This document shows positions 28,101 through 37,300 of a DNA stretch of 45,428 nucleotides, piece after piece. Source of the DNA: Nemertoderma westbladi. Taxonomy: Eukaryota; Animalia; Xenacoelomorpha. The stretch covers positions 1 through 45,428 of the forward strand of contig JAUCBJ010004873.1 of assembly GCA_032718475.1 (NCBI GenBank), read 5' to 3'. Numbering within the stretch: position 1 is the stretch's first letter; each line of letters starts with the position of its first letter. A program made the translations under genes and the position numbers. The notes under the pieces are model-generated. The model made no database searches. It was not told the origin of the DNA and was given only the letters and a program-made list of their open reading frames with translations.

Positions 28101-30970
28101 CTGGCACCTCCCCAGGTAGTATTGAGATAGGTCTCTCGTATGTCATTCCTATATTTCAGACATAAACCCTCTCTCAATACTTGCTGCTGAGTAATAGGAG
28201 GAGGATCTAAGTCAGAAGCACCAAGGGTATATGTTGACAATCCATGATAGCCACCAATGCAATTGACAACATAGTTAGAGCTATTCCATTTATTCAGACG
28301 TCCCTGTCGGACAATGTTTGGTGTAAGGGTTGTTGGGGCAAATACTTCATATGACTGAAGAGCACCTTCTTCATAAAAAGGGTTTTCTTGTATATGGACC
28401 ACTTGATGCTTTGTTGATTTATGGTCTTTGCAGACCAACACAGATAGACCATTATCATCATCAATGACCACACCTGGATTTATTGTCCATGTAAGCAAAT
28501 ATTGGCGTGGAAGTGTTGGCCAGTCTGGTCTGGCTGATCGAAAGTTTTCTCGGTCAGAATTGGGAAGGGACACAATGTTGGCATATGCAAGGTAATCTAT
28601 AAAAGGTATGTGCTTACACATATCAACCCATTGCCAGCAACCGAGAGGACACTTAACTTCAGGGAAGCATTCCCTGTTCATGGCTTTCCTGAGTCCACCC
28701 AATGTATTAGCTTTAATATCTTGGTAGAATTCCCTGAGTTGTGGTGTGAAATCTCGGAATATTTGTATTGATGGAGGTAAAGATAACGACGACCACATCT
28801 CTTGTATATTAGTGGGTAGTTGTTGCCACAGTTCTATATGTTTATCTTGTGGCATTAATGAAACTGATGACAGACATGAATATAATACAGCTGGCCACAT
28901 TACATTCCAATTGCTACGTATTTCAGTTTTGTTTTGGTTTAAGTAGGAATTGCACTGTGCACAGCATACAGGAAGTGAGTATTGTCTTCTCTGCACTAAT
29001 CTGCCATATTTCTTACCTTTACAAGATCCTCTTGTGGCAACTTGAATGTCATATATAGCAGTAGAATGACGTTGACAACATTCACATAGCAATGTTATGT
29101 TTACAGCCAATGGGGTTGAAGTTGGTGCCGTTGAAGTTGAATTTGTAGTTGGTTGTTCGGTTGAGGATATATTTTGTTGTACTGAAGATGTAGTTGGATG
29201 AACATGGGTTGGAGTGTTCTGAGTATGACCATTGTAGGGTGGATGATTCGGGTTTATGGTATTTTGCGGTGGTGATCTTCTTTCTGGAAGGTTACCATAT
29301 GTACCTGTTCGATTACAAGGTGGTGGACGAAGATATGAAGAACCTCCATTCTGAGATTGGTTTCGAGTGGTGGATTGTTGTCTGATATTTGAAGTTGATG
29401 GTTGACAATTTCCTGATGAACTCTGAGGGTGCTGAGTATGCGGTATGAAATTACTATGATCACCTGTTCCAGGTAGCAGTGCAGCAAAATGACCGGGCCA
29501 GTGGGCAATGTAAATAACGTCTGGGCTATTGCCAAAGTGTAGAACGCCTCGAGTTTCCGTTGATATCAAACAGATAGATGCCGGCAGGTGAATTGCAAGT
29601 GACATTATATTTAATTCGGTTCCCCATTCTCCTCCTCTTGTTGCCAAAATAAAATTATTAAAATTATTTGCAGGTTGTGGATACATACCTGCTATTTCAG
29701 CATTTGTTGGAACAAGGAAACGGTTTGAATATGGGAGAGGGTTTCTAGCCATCTCATTAGCAGAGAGGTTGCGTAGGGATGCCACAGTATAGTGCCGGTT
29801 GAAATTAAGCAAGTCTAAACCTTGCAATATAGAGTAGTATAGACAATCTCCACCACCTTGATTGGGTTGGATATGAAGCCCATTTAATTGACAGGTTGTA
29901 TCTAGCCATTCTTGTGGTGGAATATTATTTGAGCCCTGCACTACAATAAATTGCGTTCTTGATGGCCCTGTCCTACTCTGGTTTTGGCCCCCCTCTCTGG
30001 CTGTTTCTTCCTGTTGTATACCTGGGTCTGCCTGAAGTTCAGGAGGTGTTCCTTCTCTTCTTCTCCTTGGTTGACCTCCTTGGCTATCCTGACCCCTTTT
30101 TCTTCCACTTCGATGTACCTCCTCCGAATCTCCCTGATCCTCCTGATGCTGTTCCTCCCCAATATCCATCCGTTCCTCATGTTGCTGTTCCACCCCTTGA
30201 CCTTCCTCCCCATTATCCATCCGTTCCTCATGTTGCTGTTCCACCCCTTGACCTTCCTCCCCATAATCCATCCGTTCCTCCTGTTGCTGTTCCACACCTT
30301 GACCTCCCTCCCCATTATCGATCCGTTCCTCCTGTTGCTGTTCCACCCCTTGACCTCCCTCCCCATTATCGATCCGTTCCTCCTGTTGCTGTTCCACCCC
30401 TTGACCTCCCTCCCCATTATCGATCCGTTCCTCCTGTTGCTGTTCCACCCCTTGACCTCCCTCCCCATTATCCATCCGTTCCTCCTGTTGCTGTTCCACA
30501 CCTTGACCTCCCTCCCCATTATCGATCCGTTCCTCCTGTTGCTGTTCCACACCTTGACCTCCCTCCCCATTATCGATCCGTTCCTCCTGTTGCTGTTCCA
30601 CACCTTGACCTCCCTCCCCATTATCCATCCGTTCCTCCTGTTGCTGTTCCACACCTTGACCTCCCTCCCCATTATCGATCCGTTCCTCCGGTTGCTGTTC
30701 CACGCCTTGACCTCCTTCCCCATTATCCATCCGTTCCTCCCCTTGATGCCCCTCCCCATGTTCAATCTGTTCTTCCTGGGGCTCTTCATCCATTTGAGAT
30801 CCCTCTTCATTTGTCATTCGTTCCTCCGCGTTTTCTTCCTTCCCTTGAGGTTGCTCAATCCGTTCCACTTTTTCCATTAGAGGAGCGTGTATTTCCTTCC
30901 ATACAGAACATGTTCTAATATTATGATTTGAGCTTCCACACTTACTGCACTTTTGTTTTCTTTTAGCCAT
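22151..30970 (-). CDS. 2939-aa Helitron-like RepHel protein: CCHC - acidic repeats - OTU - HUH Rep - Pif1-like helicase - GIY-YIG endonuclease
   Basis: Uninterrupted ORF from ATG (30970) to TAA (22151). Rep motifs FFTITANE, AEFQ...HFH, YLSKY. Helicase motifs GPPGCGKT, ILEEVG, PFGGKLLIMNGDQHQLPPI, QYPLRYFIANTIHRIMGET, QLLVLISRV. OTU motifs GDCLY and GHF. GIY-YIG motifs GYVY...YIGQT...RLREHN. Confidence 0.92.
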   Translation of the reverse strand: MAKRKQKCSKCGSSNHNIRTCSVWKEIHAPLMEKVERIEQPQGKEENAEERMTNEEGSQMDEEPQEEQIEHGEGHQGEERMDNGEGGQGVEQQPEERIDNGEGGQGVEQQQEERMDNGEGGQGVEQQQEERIDNGEGGQGVEQQQEERIDNGEGGQGVEQQQEERMDNGEGGQGVEQQQEERIDNGEGGQGVEQQQEERIDNGEGGQGVEQQQEERIDNGEGGQGVEQQQEERMDYGEEGQGVEQQHEERMDNGEEGQGVEQQHEERMDIGEEQHQEDQGDSEEVHRSGRKRGQDSQGGQPRRRREGTPPELQADPGIQQEETAREGGQNQSRTGPSRTQFIVVQGSNNIPPQEWLDTTCQLNGLHIQPNQGGGDCLYYSILQGLDLLNFNRHYTVASLRNLSANEMARNPLPYSNRFLVPTNAEIAGMYPQPANNFNNFILATRGGEWGTELNIMSLAIHLPASICLISTETRGVLHFGNSPDVIYIAHWPGHFAALLPGTGDHSNFIPHTQHPQSSSGNCQPSTSNIRQQSTTRNQSQNGGSSYLRPPPCNRTGTYGNLPERRSPPQNTINPNHPPYNGHTQNTPTHVHPTTSSVQQNISSTEQPTTNSTSTAPTSTPLAVNITLLCECCQRHSTAIYDIQVATRGSCKGKKYGRLVQRRQYSLPVCCAQCNSYLNQNKTEIRSNWNVMWPAVLYSCLSSVSLMPQDKHIELWQQLPTNIQEMWSSLSLPPSIQIFRDFTPQLREFYQDIKANTLGGLRKAMNRECFPEVKCPLGCWQWVDMCKHIPFIDYLAYANIVSLPNSDRENFRSARPDWPTLPRQYLLTWTINPGVVIDDDNGLSVLVCKDHKSTKHQVVHIQENPFYEEGALQSYEVFAPTTLTPNIVRQGRLNKWNSSNYVVNCIGGYHGLSTYTLGASDLDPPPITQQQVLREGLCLKYRNDIRETYLNTTWGGASGIVRSKLTGLMNSGKTPEGTALKKCLAGGSYMSMRDTFHAWQISRHQNERQEAQSTNIKYMFQAKSLILSIVHPMNDVGAFPFKVNINNIHDCLGSAITTILLYNRRIHQLCLQKYISENDNLLGWVLAAVASISGLNRPSRSCNKNVVYSKISNDPCILTNPDAPFMDKVVNLLLRLSTKSTLRTMEQIISRTETRSDLYDVIICRNSSSQGIQPKTRIGEFKLMFVLTEDIEDTIIFRWEPDMRFWCIGNGGSRVATTACNKSSWFHTWRLAIYINTNTSEHRDDVIKRSLGGQRQITCAKHNLYLINEPRVSNATCSVGSCRKPANHRCPDGILTYHCLVAVCLKHFRLYAIGNASPITVRYRQSPLCNNQPLEPCSNQGEIDSDAELEDLLLGINIDNNINSDEEHDNSGFEIIIPENADEDSDWEYLEDLQNFLTDENTLPSGDIPSSASSRKQLFPVTGAQSFPSHCLLNDIYGLLHRDLSKHPGAKKAQLLNEIVAKNSAPSTSLLFLEGNIFPTTFWYNHFDAIVGAIPHHIFTEMSTAISRHHVLSNQDMLTIRLRDGDLSTSHDLNYLHWAADVRINSKLNKRPTTVFFNRGLEFLDESRATKSDVHDTPLEFEESNSSRVVKELAALINKYPWSYFFTITANETSTMGLAPIICKMKKFCEASDMEYGDIYDANALLLCRAWERVAQYILDYIETSHEERLGPVKHMFARAEFQDKGAKGNKCHFHGGISLYPEPIQTTMERVTCDPDRLPFGPDDFHNLLHAGIVDSWQDFHEAKSIVEMVTIHNCKAASERCHKRKDKDGNKICRVPSHPTSSSNWFQEKKDLYSKEIYNILEDIGLAKRVLNKEYQLEWQLAPNLTAGRYHYSTRHPPTYLPTIAEMALALRSSFNCQVTDRKFSSSYLSKYIGGVEERRKVKVYGTKNPDIIRTEVGDQENVKISGVKINQAIKKDIASNSREIGIPELARFALGYPYTRCTADFIHISTLPPEYRSGVCAKKSNEHIEGSYGSYISSIELRNNLPLWRHFTRSQQRLIREYISSDYKLDNTERFNIRPPEICIFNKLIDYHEIFIIKNKLPSHSVHDDIQQQPWIDGYNNIVKIRSCSINRAIDFIEKQPQREGKEEVLNLLKEIQDEDVDGNLHKRFVAQSKETIAVIPNIGAHHRIKFLYHIILTLGEFTTELDVMEVASFTIAFQNAGLIADYNNPTKEEADTILKRYVNEQLQTYSFGANQFQKYLINAKSAIDEILLSGGRISADVPSVSYIALREEAAERILTIERSRKHYLVETNHGDLSTKMQLPPMDDFMEATFDYPMNWDPQLPVALHQSMPSQAEQNNALQTIKQVVQQYLNPSTNQLPKFLLITGPPGCGKTLLIQIATLYLISRGLNTALLSLTSERSRTLGGFHIHIAFPVPTRSLKSSHPHILARQTIQRLKQDPMKLLLLKRTNVFILEEVGLISAEFYGILDTTMKNIMSNDLPFGGKLLIMNGDQHQLPPIDGRPIFMSTNLITSFKVIQLKHYVRAASDIHLQNTLELMRQTTIPPSEQHQIVNNIMANAKFVTSWNEVPQEAVRIVGTRKAETKVVKEFLQRKISDQNIRTVSSIAKDEVQHHYDWGPAGAHVTQQLNRHCLEPEELIIFEGAVTRLTRNHQHGNTQYSQGQVSVVQNIPQEFNDQAQITVALVPPGVRNILPVQATWQRILLGRFTTMPSVVGVQLLQGRRTQYPLRYFIANTIHRIMGETCPIAATQISSSDRIFRLWEREQLLVLISRVPSFQNLYFVGLRADTRMALAETLSRDSMWAGPIEERLTALDIQNTNPQRVITDVQHPLRPFYRDIPESETGYVYMLISTAHPSVSYIGQTSRSLLTRLREHNSGNGSIFTDRTEFHPWAIFAYICQFPTESEEERNARRLDVERFIHRNIRRNSGPQYVLNQLIRVVAEYNRIYRTSLVVHQCGSLSNPARSGTVEFEDDAPGG
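22300..22560 (-). other. C-terminal GIY-YIG endonuclease domain (aa ~2805-2890)
   Basis: GYVYMLIS (G at 22553-22555), SYIGQT (YIG at 22502-22510), RLREHNSGNGSIFT, HPWAIFAY, and VERFIH with a candidate catalytic Glu. Confidence 0.85.
22745..24080 (-). other. Pif1-like SF1B helicase domain (aa ~2300-2740)
   Basis: EQ upstream of Walker A GPPGCGKT (23960-23983), then Walker B ILEEVG, motif III GDQHQLPPI, motif IV YVRA, motif V TIHRIMGET and motif VI ISRV, in the expected order. Confidence 0.9.
25340..26180 (-). other. HUH (Y2) Rep nuclease domain of Helitron type (aa ~1600-1875)
   Basis: Motif 1 YFFTITANE (~26138-26165); motif 2 AEFQDKGAKGNKCHFH (HFH at 25889-25897); Cys/His cluster HNC..ERCHK..ICRVP; motif 3 YLSKY (25352-25366). 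Confidence 0.85.
29470..29890 (-). other. OTU-like cysteine protease domain (aa ~360-500)
   Basis: GGGDCLYYSI (Cys codon 29843-29845), LRNLSANEM helix, GEWGTELNI, and IYIAHWPGHFAAL (His codon 29489-29491) match the OTU Cys-, Trp- and His-loop order. Confidence 0.85.
30150..30745 (-). repeat. In-frame 51-bp coding minisatellite, ~11-12 copies, encoding EER(M/I)DNGEGGQGVEQQQ
   Basis: atccgttcctc recurs every 51 bp. This explains the overlapping shadow ORFs at 29941-30918. Confidence 0.95.
30908..30949 (-). other. N-terminal CCHC zinc knuckle (aa 8-21)
   Basis: CSKCGSSNHNIRTC fits C-x2-C-x4-H-x4-C and follows a basic KRKQK stretch. Confidence 0.8.
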
Positions 30971-31348
30971 TTTTTACGAAATGTTATATTCTATTCTAAC
31001 TGCGTTTTCTCGTGCCTTGTAAACTTGAAAGTGAGTTTACCAGTTAATACAATATAATACATAATAGTTATATTAAATTATTATACATACCTGATAATTG
31101 CTTCGAGATTCCTATATATGCTGTGTTAATTGGTTGTAAGTAGGTAACTCACTATTTAATCCACATGCTCTTCTTTAAAGCGCATCTCAATACATGTAAC
31201 ATTTTCATTCTGTAGAATATAATTAATTCGTTAAAAATTTTGTATAAATTGTAAAACGAAACATATTTTTTTATTTTAAACATATTTAATTCCAAACCAC
31301 TTTACCATCTACTGTATGCATGCTCCATATGCCGGTACTGTTCATCCC

Positions 31349-34300
31349 TATTGAGTTCCAACATCTTTATTACACCGACTGAGTACCACCCCAAACACAA
31401 TTATAGAGTTCCAACATCTCTGTAACACCCAATGAGTATACCACACCAAACACAATTATTGAGTTATACATCTCTATAACGCCCACTGAGTACCACACCA
31501 AACACAATTATTGAGATCCAACATCTCTATAACGCCCTCTGAGTACCACACCAAACACAATTATTGAGTTATACATCTCTATAACGCCCACTGGAGTACA
31601 AAAACCAAACACAATTATTGAGTTCCAAAATCTCTCTAACGCCCACTGAGTACCACACCAAACAAAATTATTGAGTTATACATCTCTATAACGCCTACTG
31701 AGTACCACTCCAAACACAATTGTTGAGTTCCAACATCTCTATAACGCCCACTGAGTACCACTTCAAACACAATTTTTGATTTCCAACATCTCTATAACGC
31801 CCACTGAGTACCACACCAAACAAAATTATTGAGTTATACATCTCTATAACGCCCACTGGAGTATAAAAACCAAACACAATTATTGAGTTCCAAAATCTCT
31901 CTAACGCCCACTGAGTACCACACCAAACACAACTATTGAGTTCCAACATCTCTATAACGCCCACTGAGTATACCACACCAAACACAATTATTGAGTTATA
32001 CATCTCTATAACGCGCACTGAGTACCACACCAAACACAATTATTAAGATCCAACATCTCTATAACGCCCACTGAGTACCACACCAAACACAATTATTGAG
32101 TTATACATCTCCATAACGCCCACTGGAGTACAAAAAACAAACACAATTATTGAGTTCCAAAATCTCTCTAACGCCCACTGAGTACCACAACAAACAAAAG
32201 TATTGAGTTATACATCTCTATAACGCCCACTGAGTACCACTCCAAACACAATTATTGAGTTCCAACATCTCTATAACGCCCACTGAGTACCACACCAAAC
32301 AAAATTATTGAGTTATACATTTCTATAACACCCACTGAGTACAAAAACCAAACACAATTATTGAGTTATACATCTCTATAACGCCCACTGGAGTACAAAA
32401 ACCAAACACAATTATTGAGTTCCAAAATCTCTCTAACGCCCACTGACTACCACACCAAACACAATTATTGAGTTATACATCTCTATAACGCCCACTGATT
32501 ACCACACCAAACACAATTATTGAGTTATACATCTCTATAACAACCAATCAGTACCACACTACAAACACAATTATTGGTTCCAACATCTCTATAACGCCCA
32601 CTGATTACCACTCCAAACACAATTATTGAGTTCCAACATCTCTATAACGCCCACTGAGTACCACTCCAAACACAATTATTGAGTTCCAACATCTCTATAA
32701 CGCCCAGTGAGTACCACACCAAACACAATTGTTGAGTTCCAACATCTATATAACGCCCACTGAGTACCACATCAAACACAATTATTGAGATCCAACATCT
32801 CTATAACGGCCACTGATTACCACTCCAAACACAATTATTGAGTTCCAACATCTCTATAACGCCCACTGAGTACCACATCAAACACAATTATTGAGTTATA
32901 CATCTCCCTAACAACCAATCAGTACCACAAACCAAACACAATTATTGAGAACCAACATCTCAATAACGCCCACTGATTACCACTCCAAACACAATTATTG
33001 AGTTCCAACATCTCTATAACGCCCACTGAGTACCACACCAAACACAATTATTGAGTTCCAACATCTCTATAACGCCCACTGAGTACCACACCAAACACAA
33101 TTATTGAGTTATACATCTCTATAACGCCCACTGGAGTACAAAAACCAAACACAATTATTGAGTTCCAAAATCTATATAACGCCCACTGATTACCACTCCA
33201 AACACAATTATTGAGTTCCAACATCTCTATAACGCCCAGTGAGTACCACACCAAACACAATTATTGAGTTATACATCTCTATAACGCCCACTGATTACCA
33301 CTCCAAACACAATTATTGAGTTCCAACATCTCTATAACGCCCAGTGAGTACCACACCTAACACATCTATTGAGTTATACATCTCTATAACGCCCACTGAT
33401 TACCACTCCAAACACAATTATTGAGTTCCAACATCTCTATAACGCCCACTGAGTACCACACCAAACACAATTATTGAGTTATACATCTCTATAACGCCCA
33501 CTGGATTACAAAAACCAAACACAATTATTGAGTTCCAAAATCTATATAACGCCCACTGATTACCACTCCAAACACAATTATTGAGTTCCAACATCTCTAT
33601 AACGCCCAGTGAGTACCACTCCAAACACAATTATTGAGATCCAACATCTCTATAACGCCCACTGATTACCACTCCAAACACAATTATTGAGTTCCAACAT
33701 TTCTATAACGCCCAGTGAGTACCACACCAAACACAATTATTGAGAACCAACATCTCAATAACGCCCACTGATTACCACTCCAAACACAATTATTGAGTTC
33801 CAACATCTCTATAACGCCCACTGAGTACCACACCAAACACAATTATTGAGTTCCAACATCTCTATAACGCCCACTGAGTACCACACCAAACACAATTATT
33901 GAGTTATACATCTCTATAACGCCCACTGGAGTACAAAAACCAAACACAATTATTGAGTTCCAAAATCTATATAACGCCCATTGATTACCACTCCAAACAC
34001 AATTATTGAGTTCCAACATCTCTATAACGCCCAGTGAGTACCACACCAAACACAATTATTGAGTTATACATCTCTATAACGCCCACTGAGTACCACTCCA
34101 AATACAATTATTGAGTTCCAACATCTCTATAACGCCCACTGAGTACCACACCAAACAAAATTATTGAGTCATACATCTCTATAACGCCCACTGAGTACCA
34201 CACCAAACACAACTATTTAGTTCCAACATCTCTATAACGCCCACTGAGTACCACACCAAACAAAATTATTGAGTTATACATCTCTATAACACCCACTGAG

Positions 34301-37300
34301 TACAAAAACCAAACACAATTATTGAGTTATACATCTCTATAACGCCCACTGGAGTACAAAAACCAAACACAATTATTGAGTTCCAAAATCGCTCTAACGC
34401 CCACTGACTACCACACCAAACACAATTATTGAGTTCCAACATCTCTATAACGCCCACTGAGTACCACACCAAACACAATTATTGAGTTCCAACATCTCTA
34501 TAACGCCCACTGAGTACCACACCAAACACAATTATTGAGTTATACATCTCTATAACGCCCACTTGAGTACAAAAACCAAACACAATTATTGAGTTCCAAA
34601 ATCTCTCTAACGCCCACTGAGTACCACACCAAACACAATTATTGAGTTATACATCTCTATAACGCCCACTGAATACCACACCAAACACAATTATTGAGTT
34701 ATACATCTCTATAACGCCCACTGAGTACCACTCCAAATACAATTATTGAGTTCCAACATCTCTATAACGCCCACTGAGTACCACACCAAACAATATTATT
34801 GAGTCTTACATCTCTATAACGCCCACTGAGTACCACACCAAACACAACTATTTAGTTCCAACATCTCTATAACGCCCACTGAGTACCACACCAAACAAAA
34901 TTATTGAGTTATACATCTCTATAACACCCACTGAGTACCACTCCAAACACAATTATTGAGATCCAACATCTCTATAACGCCCACTGATTACCACTCCAAA
35001 CACAATTATTGAGTTCCAATATCTCTATAACGCCCACTGAGTTCTACACCAAACACAATTATTGAGTTATACATCTCTATAACGCCCACTGAGTACCACA
35101 CCAAACACAATTATTGAGTTTTACATCTCTATAACGCCCACTGAGTACCACTCCAAATACAATTATTGAGTTCCAACATCTCTATAACGCCCACTGAGTA
35201 CCACACCAAACAAAATTATTGAGTTATACATCTCTATAACGCCCACTGAGTACCACTCCAAACACAATTATTTAGTTCCAACATCTCTATAACGCCCACT
35301 GAGTACCACACCAAACAAAATTATTGAGTTATACATTTCTATAACACCCACTGAGTACCACTCCAAACACAATTATTGAGATCCAACATCTCTATAACGC
35401 CCACTGAGTACCACACCAAACACAATTATTGAGTTCTACATCTCTATAACAACCAATCAGTACCACAAACCAAACACAATTATTGAGTTACAACATCTCT
35501 ATAACGCCCACTGGAGTACCACACCAAACACAACTGTTGCGATCCAACATCTCTATAACGCCCACTGATTACCACTCCAAACACAATTATTGAGTTCTAA
35601 CATCTCTATAACGCCCACTGAGTATACCACTCCAAACACAATTATTGAGTTATACATCTATATAACAACCAATCAGTACCACAAACCAAACACAATTATT
35701 GAAAACCAACATCTCTATAACGCCCACTTATTACCACTCCAAACACAATTATTGAGATCCAACATCTCTATAACGCCCACTGAGTATACCACTCCAAGCA
35801 CACACAATTATTGAGTTCCAACATCTCTATAACGCCCACTGATTACCACTCCAAACACAATTATTGAGTTCCAACATCTCTATAACGCCCACTGAGTACC
35901 ACACCAAACACAACAATTGAGATCCAACATCTCTATAACGCCCACTGATTACCACTCCAAACACAATTATTGAGTTCCAAGATCTCTATATCGCCCACTG
36001 AGTACCACACCAAACACAATTATTGAGTTCTACATCTCTATAACAACCAATCAGTACCACAAACCAAACACAATTATTGAGTTACAACATCTCTATAACG
36101 CCCACTGAGTACCACTCCAAACACAATTATTGAGTTCCAATATTTCTATAACGCCCACTGAGTACCACACCAAACACAATTATTGAGTTCTACATCTCTA
36201 TAACAACCAATCAGTACCACAAACCAAAGACAAATATTGAGTTACAACATCTCTATAACGCCCACTGGAGTAGAAAACCAAACACAATTATTGAGTTCCA
36301 ACATCTCTATAACGCACACTGAGTACCACTCCAAACACAATTATTGAGTTCCAACATCTCTATAACGCCCACTGAGTACCACACCAAACACAATTATTGA
36401 GTTCCAACATCTCTATATCGCCCACTGAGTACCACACCAAACACAATTATTGAGTTCCAACATCTCTATATCGCCCACTGAGTACCACACCAAACACAAT
36501 TATTGAGTTCCAACATCTCTATAACGCCCACTGAGTACCGCTCCAAACACAATTATTGAGTTATACATCTATATAACAACCAATCAGTACCACAAACCAA
36601 ACACAATTATTGAGTTACAACATCTCTATAACGCCCACTGAGTACCACACCAAACACAATTATTGAGTTATACATCTATATAACAACCAATCAGTACCAC
36701 AAACCAAACACAATTATTGAGTTACAACATCTCTATAACGCCCACTGAGTACCACTCCAAACACAATTATTGAGTTATACATCTATATAACAACCAATCA
36801 GTACCACAAACCAAACACAATTATTGAGTTACAACATCTCTATAACGCCCACTGAGTACCACACCAAACACAATTATTGAGAACCAACATCTCTATAACG
36901 CCCTCTTATTACCACTCCAAACACAATTATTGAGTTCCAACATCTCTATAACGCACACTGAGTACCACTCCAAACACAATTATTGAGTTCCAACATCTCT
37001 ATAACGCCCACTGAGTACCACACCAAACACAATAATTGAGTTCCAACATCTCTATAACGCACACTGAGTACCACTCCAAACACAATTATTGAGTTCCAAC
37101 ATCTCTATAACGCCCACTGAGTACCACACCAAACACAATTATTGAGAACCAACATCTCTATAACGCCCACTTATTACCACTCCAAACACAATTATTGAGT
37201 TCCAACATCTCTATAACGCACACTGAGTACCACTCCAAACACAATTATTGAGTTCCAACATCTCTATAACGCCCACTGAGTACCACACCAAACACAATTA

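Noticed and set aside
22295-29535. Short ORFs nested in or antisense to the large ORF
   Set aside because: No recognisable motifs; expected by chance within an 8.8-kb CDS.
29941-30918. Three overlapping 289-319-aa ORFs
   Set aside because: Shadow frames of the stop-free 51-bp coding repeat inside the large ORF.
22151-30970. Penelope-like retroelement, Polinton or virus as the source of the GIY-YIG/OTU protein
   Set aside because: No reverse transcriptase, integrase, polB or capsid motifs seen. The HUH Rep followed by a Pif1-like helicase indicates a Helitron-like element.
31020-31120. Possible TATA-like element (~31112-31119) and 5' UTR splice donor CAG|GTATGT (~31089) on the minus strand
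   Set aside because: Plausible, but such short motifs are common in AT-rich DNA and the acceptor is weak. Needs transcript data.
31695-35814. ORFs within satellite D
   Set aside because: Repeat translations of a 53-bp unit that is not a multiple of three.
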